Source: Tagaea sp. (GTDB taxonomy: Bacteria; Pseudomonadota; Alphaproteobacteria; CACIAM-22H2). From it: DNA of 64,000 bases. A program made the translations under genes and the position numbers. How positions within the stretch are numbered: position 1 is the first letter of the stretch; the number at the start of each line of letters is the position of its first letter. Location of the stretch: positions 416,001 through 480,000 of the forward strand of contig CBDIIB010000004.1 in the NCBI GenBank assembly GCA_965279525.1, written 5' to 3'. Under the pieces are notes generated by a model. The model searched no databases, was not told the origin of the DNA, and saw only the letters and a program-made list of their open reading frames with translations. This document shows, in pieces, positions 41,820-51,067 of this stretch.

Positions 41820-43016
41820 ATGGATTTCAAACTTTCGCCCGCCGTCGAGAAGACGCGCAGCGCCGTGCGCGATTTCGTCGACCGCGAACTGATCCCGCTC
41901 GAGGCGCACGACATCAACTGGGGTGACGGCGAGAACGTGCGCCTCGACCTTCTGCAGAAGCTTCGCGCCAAGGCGAAGAAGGCGAAGCTCTGGTCGCTGC
42001 AGATGCCCAAATCGATGGGCGGCGGCGGCCTCGACACGGTCGGCATGGCCGCCTGCTACGAGGAGATGGGCCGGGCGCTGTTCGGGCCGGTCGTGTTCAA
42101 CAGTGCCGCCCCCGACGACGGCAACATGATGATCCTGGGCAAGGTCGCGACGGCAGTCCAGCGCCGGAAGTGGCTTGCACCGATCGTCGAGGGCAAGGTG
42201 CGCTCGTCCTTCGCGATGACCGAGCCGCATCCGGGTTCGGGTTCCGATCCCGGCATGATGCTGACCACGGCCACGAAGAAGCGCGGCAAGTGGACGGTCA
42301 AGGGTCGCAAATGGTTCATCACCGGGGCCGGCGAAGCCAAGCACTTCATCCTGATCGCGCGCACGTCGGATGATGCGCGCAAGGGCCTCAGCGCCTTCAT
42401 GTTCCATGCCGACCAGCCGGGCTGGCGCATCGTGCGCCGCATCCCGATCATGGGGCCGGAGGAACATGGCGGACACTGCGAGATCGAATTCGACGGGCTG
42501 GAAATCGACGATGCCGACCGGCTGATGGAAATCGGCGACGGCCTGAAGCTGACGCAGATCCGGCTGGGGACGGCGCGCCTCACGCACTGCATGCGCTGGC
42601 TCGGCATGGCGCGCCGCGCGATGGAAATCGCGTTGCCCTATGTCGAGACGCGCAAGAGCTTCGGCAAGAAACTGATCGACCGCGAGGGCGTGCAGTGGCT
42701 GCTGGGCGAGGCCGCGATGCAGATCGAGATCGGCCGGCTTTTGACGATGCGCGCGGCCTGGAAGCTCGACCAGGGCGATTTCGCGCGCAAGGAAGTGTCG
42801 ATGGCGAAGGTTGCCGTCGCCGACGTGCTGCACAAGGCGGTCGATACCGCGATCCAGCTGCTGGGCGCGCGCGGCTATTCGAAGGACGAGCCGCTCGAAT
42901 GGATGTACCGCTACGCGCGTCAGGCAAGGCTGGTCGACGGCGCTTCGGAAGTCCACAAAATGGTGCTCGCCCGCTTCCTTGCGCAGGAGCGCACGGAGTT
43001 CTGGGCGTGGCGCTGA
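41820..43016 (+). CDS. Acyl-CoA dehydrogenase, LvaC/ACAD10-11 type
   Basis: APDDGNM, RSSFAMTEPHPGSGSDP, GRKWFITGA, ARLTHCMRWLG, DGASEVH. Confidence 0.93.
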   Translation: MDFKLSPAVEKTRSAVRDFVDRELIPLEAHDINWGDGENVRLDLLQKLRAKAKKAKLWSLQMPKSMGGGGLDTVGMAACYEEMGRALFGPVVFNSAAPDDGNMMILGKVATAVQRRKWLAPIVEGKVRSSFAMTEPHPGSGSDPGMMLTTATKKRGKWTVKGRKWFITGAGEAKHFILIARTSDDARKGLSAFMFHADQPGWRIVRRIPIMGPEEHGGHCEIEFDGLEIDDADRLMEIGDGLKLTQIRLGTARLTHCMRWLGMARRAMEIALPYVETRKSFGKKLIDREGVQWLLGEAAMQIEIGRLLTMRAAWKLDQGDFARKEVSMAKVAVADVLHKAVDTAIQLLGARGYSKDEPLEWMYRYARQARLVDGASEVHKMVLARFLAQERTEFWAWR

Positions 43017-44344
43017 GACCGGACGCCCCGCCGCCCGCACTCGCCGGCTGGCTGATCGGCACGCTCGCGGCCGAACAGGTCCAGATCACGGCATGGCGCA
43101 AGCTGTCGGGCGGGGCGATCCAGGAGAACTGGGCCTTCACCGCGCGCATCCGCGGCGGCAGCCATGCCGGCACGCTGGAAGCCGTCCTGCGCACCGACGC
43201 GCCCACCGGCGTTGCGGTCAGCCTTGGCCGCGCGGAGGAATTCGAGATCCTGTCGGCCGCCCACGGAGCCGGCGTGCGCGTGCCCGAACCGCTTGGTCTG
43301 TGCGCGGATGCCGCCGTGCTCGGCAAGCCTTTCTATGTGATGCGGCGCGTCGAAGGGACGGCACTTGGCCACGTGCTGGCGAACGACGCCAAATGGACCG
43401 GCGACCGCGTGGCGCTGGCCGAAACACTCGGCGGCGAGCTTGCGAAGATACATACGATCCGCCCGCCGCGCGCCGACCTTTCGTTCCTGCCTGTCCCCGA
43501 CGGCAAGCCGGCATTCGCGGCGATCTCCGGCTATCGCGCCTGGCTCGACGGATACCGCATGCCGCGACCGGCACTCGAACTGGGGCTGCGCTGGCTCGAA
43601 CTGAATGCGCCGGCGCGCCGCACCGTCGTGCTGTGCCACCGCGACTTCCGCACCGGCAATTACATGGCCGACGAAAACGGCCTGACCGGCATCCTCGACT
43701 GGGAGTTTGCCGGCTGGGGCGATCCCGATGAGGACATCGGCTGGTTCTGCGCCAAGTGCTGGCGCTTCGGACAGGTCGCGCGCGAGGCGGGCGGCATCGG
43801 GGCCCGCGCTGATTTCCTGCGCGGCTATACGAAGGTGGCCGGCCGCGCGATCGACCCGGCCGCGATCCGCTACTGGGAGATCATGGCCCACGCGCGTTGG
43901 GCGGTGATCGCCCTCCAGCAGGGAGAGCGGTTCGTGGGCGGCGGCGAGATGTCGCTGGACCTGGCACTCACCGGCCGGCGGATCGCCGAGCTCGAGTACG
44001 AACTTCTTGCCGCGATCGATGCGGCATCCGCACCCGGTCCTTTGCCGTCCGGGCTGCCCGTCGACCGGCCGGATGCCGGCGAGCTTGCGTCTCTCGCCGC
44101 ACATGTCTTTGCCCGTGAATTGCTGCCCGCACTGGGCGATGACCGGCGGCTGCAGGGGCTGATGCTGGCAAGCGCGCTGGGCACCGTCGCACGCGGGAAC
44201 GCGGCACCGGCAGAGGCGGCCGACCGTTCGCTCGTCGGCGCGATCCGCGCCGGCCGGCATGACAGGGATGCGGGCCTGCATGGCGCGTTGCGCGAGGAAG
44301 CCCGCGCACGCACCCGGATCGCCAACCCCAAATATCCGTTCTGA
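43007..44344 (+). CDS. APH-family phosphotransferase (LvaA-like) fused to an LvaB-like C-terminal domain
   Basis: LSGGAIQENW, HRDFRTGN, LDWEFAGWGDP, RWAVIALQQG; after a linker, DRPDAGEL...ELLPAL...AIRAG...IANPKY. Confidence 0.88.
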   Translation: MALRPDAPPPALAGWLIGTLAAEQVQITAWRKLSGGAIQENWAFTARIRGGSHAGTLEAVLRTDAPTGVAVSLGRAEEFEILSAAHGAGVRVPEPLGLCADAAVLGKPFYVMRRVEGTALGHVLANDAKWTGDRVALAETLGGELAKIHTIRPPRADLSFLPVPDGKPAFAAISGYRAWLDGYRMPRPALELGLRWLELNAPARRTVVLCHRDFRTGNYMADENGLTGILDWEFAGWGDPDEDIGWFCAKCWRFGQVAREAGGIGARADFLRGYTKVAGRAIDPAAIRYWEIMAHARWAVIALQQGERFVGGGEMSLDLALTGRRIAELEYELLAAIDAASAPGPLPSGLPVDRPDAGELASLAAHVFARELLPALGDDRRLQGLMLASALGTVARGNAAPAEAADRSLVGAIRAGRHDRDAGLHGALREEARARTRIANPKYPF

Positions 44345-45487
44345 CTACCAGCCGTTGACGCGGTCCCAGACGGCGACGATCTCGTCGTTGCCGTCGACCA
44401 CGTGGTAACGCGGGTACATCGCCGACGTCATGCAGACGTGGTTGGGCATCACGAGCACGCGCCTGCCGACCGGCCAGTCGGCAAAGGGCAGGGGATCGAT
44501 GGCATCCAGCCCGCGCCGCGCCGACAGGATGCCGTGCTCCTGATGGACGTCGAGCACGGCGAGATCCTCGCGCGGGCACGCCTGCCCGGGATCGCGGATC
44601 AATCCGTAGCCGACATTGTCGATGCGCCGGTTGGCGCCGGTGTCCTTGGACAGCGCCAGAGCACCGGCGTCGAGCAGCAGATGGTTGCGCCCGCGATGAT
44701 GCCCGATGACCGAGGCGAGCACCCCGACCGCGATGTCCTCGGCCCCGCACATGCCCAGCCCGTGCTGGAAAAGATCGAAGAACACGAAGTTTCCGGGGCG
44801 CATCTCGGTCACGCCCCGCAGATGGCGCGCATGCAGGGCCGTTGGGGTGGAGCCAACGCTGACATGATCGAACGCATGGCCCTTGGTGCGCAGGAACTCG
44901 GCTGCCTCGACCACGCCGGCCCGCTCGGCTTCGGCCACGTCCTCGATCTCGGCGATCCCGTCGCAACCATAGGAATGGCCAGCATGCGCCATCACGCCCG
45001 CGAGCATGCCTGCGGGGCCGAGGGCGGCCGCGATGGCGGCAAGCTCCGGCGAGCGCGGATCGACGCCGGCCCGCCCGCCGCCGGTCTCGATTTCGACGAC
45101 CGCAGCGAAGCGCACGCCGAGGGCCGCGCCACGCGCGACGATGGCGCGCGCGGCGTCGACATCGTCGGTCAGGATCTTGAGGGCAGGGGCCGCGCGCATG
45201 AGTCCGGCGACCCGGTCGAGCTTGGCGGGCGCGATCGCGACCGCGTAGAGCATGTCGGTGAAGCCGGCCTTGGCGAAATACTCGCCCTCGGCGAGCGTCG
45301 AGACGGTGATCGGCCCCGGCTGCCCGCCATGGACGGCCAGGGCGACTTCGGCGGACTTCGCCGTCTTCATGTGCGGGCGCAGCGTCACGCCCAGTTCCTT
45401 CGCACGTGCCTGCATGCGCGCCACGTTGCGCATCAGCCGCGAACGGTCGAGGACGAGGGACGGGGTCGGGAGATCGGCCAGACGCAT
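44345..45487 (-). CDS. Fold-type III PLP enzyme (D-threonine aldolase / DSD1 family)
   Basis: RPHMKTAK, HAGHSY, GSTPT, HQEHG, PNHVC. Confidence 0.9.
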   Translation of the reverse strand: MRLADLPTPSLVLDRSRLMRNVARMQARAKELGVTLRPHMKTAKSAEVALAVHGGQPGPITVSTLAEGEYFAKAGFTDMLYAVAIAPAKLDRVAGLMRAAPALKILTDDVDAARAIVARGAALGVRFAAVVEIETGGGRAGVDPRSPELAAIAAALGPAGMLAGVMAHAGHSYGCDGIAEIEDVAEAERAGVVEAAEFLRTKGHAFDHVSVGSTPTALHARHLRGVTEMRPGNFVFFDLFQHGLGMCGAEDIAVGVLASVIGHHRGRNHLLLDAGALALSKDTGANRRIDNVGYGLIRDPGQACPREDLAVLDVHQEHGILSARRGLDAIDPLPFADWPVGRRVLVMPNHVCMTSAMYPRYHVVDGNDEIVAVWDRVNGW

Positions 45488-45501
45488 CGGCCGGCGAGGG
45501 C

Positions 45502-46749
45502 CTAGCGTGCCGGCGGGGTCGCCGGCATCATCGCGCGCATCAGCGCGTCGACATGCCAGCCCTGGAACATGCGGATGCCGACAGCCTGGCCGAGTTCGAA
45601 GGCCATCGGCGTCTCGCAGCGCCCCATGATGATGCGGTTGATGTCGGCTTCCGCCAGCATCGCCGCGAGACCCTTCATGCGCCAGTCTTCCGCATGGTCC
45701 TTGAAGAAGAAGAGCTTGACCAGATCGGCGCGCAGTTCCGAGCGACGGAAGAACGTCAGCGTGTCGGGCGTCAGTCCGTCGAGCAGCGAGCGGTAGCCGG
45801 CCTTCTGCAGCGTGTCGACGGCACGGTTGTAGGCCTCGAAGTCGGCGAACACGTCGTGGCGCGCGATCTCGATGATGATGTTGCCCTTGGCGATGAACGA
45901 GCCGATGCGCTGGTCGAACTCGCGGAAGCGGTCCGAAAGGATCGTGTCGACGTTGAGATTGATCGAGATGTTGCCCGCGGTCTTCGTCAGGAACCCTTCG
46001 GAAAGTGCGCGCAGCAGCCGGGTGTCGAACGTGCGCGTCATCATCTGGAAGAGGCCGCGCTGGCCGCGCATGTTGACGCGCGGCTGCAGCAGGTTGCGCG
46101 TGTCGTTGACGCTGAAATAGTACTCGCGGAAGATCGGGCGCAGCTGGTTGGCGGTCAGCGCGATCGAGATGGGCTGGTTGCGCAGCAGCGTCTTGGCGTC
46201 GGCCTTGCCGAACGCTTCGTCGAGCGCGCCAAGCACGGCAGGCGTCAGCGTCTGGAAACTCTGGCCGTAGGCCGGGCCTGCGGCTGCACCGGCACGCTGC
46301 ATGGCGCGCAGCCGGGCTTCCTGCTGGCTCTTCTGTTCCTCGAGTGCCGCCTTCGCATAGTCGTAGAAATCGGGGAACTGCGTTTCGAAGCTGTACCAGG
46401 AGCAGGCTTCCTCGATGTTCTCGTCGGGCATCCCGGTCGCCACGGAATGGCGGCGCAGCAGGTCGTCGAGCTCGGTGACGATGCTTTCGAACTGCTGGGG
46501 ATTGTCGACGCGGAACACGAAGACGATGTCGAAATTCGCGAGCGAATAGATCGTGCCTTCGGCGCGCTGCACCATCTCGCGGATGGCGTGAAAGATGACG
46601 TAATAGTTCTCGCGCCGGCGGTTGAACCACGCCTGCCGCTGCATGGAAATGACGACGGACATGCGCGGGACGGTATTGCCCGTGCGCTTGATCCGATCAA
46701 GATCGGAAAGAAGCGTTTCCTCGTCCGTCCGCTGCGGCGTCGTGTCCAT
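45502..46749 (-). CDS. Degenerate EAL-domain protein
   Basis: QPI..., EYY in place of EAL, ISINLN, IIIEI, LLDGL in place of DDFGTG, CET, MFQGW. Confidence 0.7.
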   Translation of the reverse strand: MDTTPQRTDEETLLSDLDRIKRTGNTVPRMSVVISMQRQAWFNRRRENYYVIFHAIREMVQRAEGTIYSLANFDIVFVFRVDNPQQFESIVTELDDLLRRHSVATGMPDENIEEACSWYSFETQFPDFYDYAKAALEEQKSQQEARLRAMQRAGAAAGPAYGQSFQTLTPAVLGALDEAFGKADAKTLLRNQPISIALTANQLRPIFREYYFSVNDTRNLLQPRVNMRGQRGLFQMMTRTFDTRLLRALSEGFLTKTAGNISINLNVDTILSDRFREFDQRIGSFIAKGNIIIEIARHDVFADFEAYNRAVDTLQKAGYRSLLDGLTPDTLTFFRRSELRADLVKLFFFKDHAEDWRMKGLAAMLAEADINRIIMGRCETPMAFELGQAVGIRMFQGWHVDALMRAMMPATPPAR

Positions 46750-46977
46750 CTACCGTCCTTGTCCGTCGAGTCCGATTCTACCCGCGAGACTCATGTTTTG
46801 TAACGGATATTCCGTATTACATGGGATTCGGGCCGACCGGCAACCACAGCCCGGTCTGGGGATATCCCGATCCGGCCGGACAATACGGAACGGACAGGGT
46901 ACAGGGGGTAGGTCCTTGCCCGGCCGATGCCCGCGAATATGGCACCAAGTTGGTGGATTCCGATCCCGAGCCGCCGC

Positions 46978-48243
46978 TCAAGCGGTCGCAAGGCGATCGC
47001 GTCCGCCTGATTTCGCGTCATAGAGTGCTGTATCGGCCCGCTTGACCAGCGCGTCGACCGACGCGATGTCCGGCGTGAACGATGCCGTACCGATGCTGAC
47101 CGTTAGCGCGATCTTGCCGCCGGACACGGCGAACGGCGTTGTACGGACTGCGGCTAATATCCGCTCTGCCACGACAGCGGAAGGCTCCGCCGGCGTCTCC
47201 GGCATCAGCACAAGGAACTCCTCGCCGCCCCAGCGTGCGACCATGTCGACGCCACGTAGCTGCGCGCGCAGAAGCCGCGCCAGCTCCTGGAGCACGGCGT
47301 CGCCGGCATCGTGGCCATAGGTGTCGTTGACCTTCTTGAAGTGGTCGATGTCGATCATCATCACGGTCGCCGGGCTCGCGTAGCGCTTGTGGCGGTCGAA
47401 GGCCTCGGCCAGCCGCTCGGTCGCATGGCGCCGGTTGAAGGTGCCGGTCAGCGGGTCGGTGGTGGCCAGACGCAGGAGCTCGTCCTGCCGGTCCTTCTGT
47501 TCGCTGATGTCGCGGGAGATGACGACGAAGCCGGTCACGTTCCCGTCCTTGTCGGGAAGTGCCGTCACGACCGCATCGCCCCAGTAGACGCTGCCGTCCT
47601 TGCGCACGCGCCGGCCCTCGATCTCGACCGATCCGCGTCGCGAAGCGCGGGTCAGGACCTGTCCGGACGCATTGGCGTCGAACTCGGTCGGCGGGAAGAA
47701 AACCGAGACGTGCTTGCCGACGACGTCTTCGGCCGTCCATCCGCCGAGGCGATAGAGCGTGCGGTTCCAGTCGACGATCCGCCCCTCGAGGTCGAGCGTG
47801 TAGATCGCGTAGTCCTGGATCTGTTCGAATATCGCGCGGAACCGCTGCTGGTCCTCGTGGATCCGGCGTTCCTTCAGGGCCGCTTCGGTCACGTCCTGGA
47901 TCACGGCCATGAATGTCGGGCGGGCGATCCGGTTTACCGTCATCGACAGGACGCGCTGGCGCGGCCCCGCACCCGTCGATACGAGCCGCTGTTCGAACAG
48001 CATGCCCGCTTCGGCCTCGAAGTCGCGCACGAGGACCGGCAGTTCGGGAACCCAGTCGGACAGGACGGAGAAGAGGTTCGCCAGTTCCGAGTCGTGCGAC
48101 AGCGGCATCAGGAGCTGGGCGGCGAGCGGATTGACCATGTCGATGCGGCCGTCGGGCGCGAATTTCACGATCCCGACCGGGCAAAGATAGAAGAACTGGA
48201 GAAGCTCCTCGTGCGCCCGTGCAAGATCGTCCCGGTCGCTCAC
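46978..48243 (-). CDS. PAS-PAS-GGDEF diguanylate cyclase
   Basis: TDPLTGTFNRR, DIDHFKKVNDTYGHDAGD, I-site RGVD, GGEEF, ADTALYDAKSGGR; PAS/PAC RKDGSVYW. Confidence 0.95.
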   Translation of the reverse strand: MSDRDDLARAHEELLQFFYLCPVGIVKFAPDGRIDMVNPLAAQLLMPLSHDSELANLFSVLSDWVPELPVLVRDFEAEAGMLFEQRLVSTGAGPRQRVLSMTVNRIARPTFMAVIQDVTEAALKERRIHEDQQRFRAIFEQIQDYAIYTLDLEGRIVDWNRTLYRLGGWTAEDVVGKHVSVFFPPTEFDANASGQVLTRASRRGSVEIEGRRVRKDGSVYWGDAVVTALPDKDGNVTGFVVISRDISEQKDRQDELLRLATTDPLTGTFNRRHATERLAEAFDRHKRYASPATVMMIDIDHFKKVNDTYGHDAGDAVLQELARLLRAQLRGVDMVARWGGEEFLVLMPETPAEPSAVVAERILAAVRTTPFAVSGGKIALTVSIGTASFTPDIASVDALVKRADTALYDAKSGGRDRLATA

Positions 48244-48650
48244 GATGCGCGCACCGCCAGATACATCGAACGCGCGCCCGGCCGCTTGAGCATCCGCAGC
48301 TCCACCTTTCGCGGTTTCATGCGCAGCGTGAAGACGTAGTCGATCGTCCGGTCGAGGACCGTCTCGACCTCATAGCAATGGGAGACCATGAAATTGTTGG
48401 TGCACGGAGCGACAGCCGAGAAAAAGTGCCGTCCGATCACCCGGTCCTTGGCGAGACCGGACATCGCCGATTCCGAATTGTTGTAGCCGACGACGACGCC
48501 ATCGGCCGCCATCGCGATGACGCCGAATTCCAGGGCGTCGAGCCCGTCCGCGTCGAGCGTCTCGAGGACATCGATCAGGTCCGGCATTTCGAACCTTATG
48601 CCGCCCGCATCTGCCACGCTTCCCCCGACTTGTTTGGTGCCGACCTCCAT
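48240..48650 (-). CDS. pyp: Photoactive yellow protein (PYP) homolog
   Basis: LDALEFGVI, YNNSE, VIGRHFFSAVAPCT, YVFTLRMKP align with H. halophila PYP. Confidence 0.85.
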   Translation of the reverse strand: MEVGTKQVGGSVADAGGIRFEMPDLIDVLETLDADGLDALEFGVIAMAADGVVVGYNNSESAMSGLAKDRVIGRHFFSAVAPCTNNFMVSHCYEVETVLDRTIDYVFTLRMKPRKVELRMLKRPGARSMYLAVRAS

Positions 48651-48665
48651 CTTCGGGGGCGGAAA

Positions 48666-48681
48666 GTTTACAATCGATTAA
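48666..48681 (-). promoter_or_regulatory. CtrA-like box upstream of pyp
   Basis: Minus strand TTAA-TCGATTG-TAAAC, 15 nt upstream of the pyp ATG. Confidence 0.55.
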
Positions 48682-48700
48682 GACTGCGAACCGCTGGCGG

Positions 48701-49429
48701 CTACGGTACGGCTTTGCCCAACGGTCCATATATCCCTGCGAACGGCTTGCCCGACTTTACGTCGTCCATCAGTTTCAGGAGTGCGGGCTTGCCGTTCCTT
48801 TGCAGCCACGCCCGGATTTCGGCGGACGCTTGGCAATAGGTCGGCCGGAGGCGGGACCGGTCGTTCGTATATTGACCCCATGCATTCCCGCCCGAAAGCC
48901 TGGAGAGATCGTCGATGCCGTTTGCGGTCACGCCCGCACAGTCGGGCTCCCCGGACATGTAGACCGCGACACCCTCGTGAAACCAGGTCGGGGCACGGCC
49001 CGTGCCGAAGCGCGCATGGTGTTCGATATGGCTGAATTCATGCACGAGCACGTTCTCGGCAATGGGTCCCTCGCGGACGATCACGACGGTCGGACGCGGA
49101 GCCCGATAGCTTCCTCCCGGCCCGATGCTTCCGGTACCCAACGCCCTCGACCGGATATCCGGACCGGAGAAATGGATCGAACAGGCCTGCGTCTTGCAGA
49201 AGACGACATCCGGATCGGCAGACCTTTGCTCGCCGTAGAACTCGACGAGGCGGCGCTTTGCCCGTCCGACCATCGAGATGAGTCCGGCATGTTCGAACCT
49301 GCCGTACGCGGGGTCGGCATAGATTGCGTCGCCGATCTTCATCGGTGACATGTCGGTGTAGTCGATCGCACACCCGCACAACGCGAACGCCATTGCGAGA
49401 ATGCCGCAGTTTCGCAAACCCGATTCCAT
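48701..49429 (-). CDS. Putative lipoprotein gluzincin metallopeptidase (peptidase MA-like)
   Basis: Lipobox-like ALCGC; HEFSH followed by PTWFHEGVA; less GC-biased than flanks. Confidence 0.75.
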   Translation of the reverse strand: MESGLRNCGILAMAFALCGCAIDYTDMSPMKIGDAIYADPAYGRFEHAGLISMVGRAKRRLVEFYGEQRSADPDVVFCKTQACSIHFSGPDIRSRALGTGSIGPGGSYRAPRPTVVIVREGPIAENVLVHEFSHIEHHARFGTGRAPTWFHEGVAVYMSGEPDCAGVTANGIDDLSRLSGGNAWGQYTNDRSRLRPTYCQASAEIRAWLQRNGKPALLKLMDDVKSGKPFAGIYGPLGKAVP

Positions 49430-49591
49430 GTTGAATCTTTCGCATGTTGTTGATTGTATGTACTGACGGAGATGCGTTCTGAAATTGTGTCTTTCGATAG
49501 CATCGGGAATGCCGATGCGAAAGCGCGAATTCGACTTCGGAGATCCAGGCCGCGAGGGACCCGGCCGGAGACAAGGCATCGACGATGGAAA

Positions 49592-49681
49592 TGGCGGACG
49601 GGGTGAGATTCGAACTCACGGTAGGCTTGCACCTACGGCGGTTTTCAAGACCGCTGCCTTAAACCACTCGGCCACCCGTCC
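49592..49681 (-). tRNA. tRNA-Ser (UGA)
   Basis: 90 nt: GGACGGGTGGCCGAGTGGTTTAAGGCAGCGGTCTTGAAAACCGC..., long variable arm, TTCGAAT, 3' GCCA. Confidence 0.97.
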
Positions 49682-49955
49682 TGCAGGGTTGCCGTTATAC
49701 TCAGGCCCGATCCGGGATGCCAGAAACCGTTCTTATTGCCGTCGCGGCGACCGAGGACGGAAATGTACGCCATCCGGCGCTTCGCGGTTGCGTTCGTCCC
49801 GGATTAAGTATGCTGTGGTTGCCGGCATCACGTTTGGAAAATGTCAGGTCATCATTCGTTAATCTGCGCGGGCAATAGTGTCGCCGTCCTGTCGACCGTG
49901 ACTCGAGAAAGCAAGACATGTCAGCCATTCGGCCGTTCCTTTGCCGGCGGACCTC

Positions 49956-51008
<1,053 letters not shown>

Positions 51009-51067
51009 ACGGCTCCGGGCGGTTGCGCAAGGCGGCCTGACGGCCCTAGAGTGCGCGCCTCGTGTCC

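Noticed and set aside
46940-46954. TGGCACCAAGTTGGT resembling a sigma-54 promoter
   Set aside because: Lacks the GC at -12 and points away from the downstream gene.
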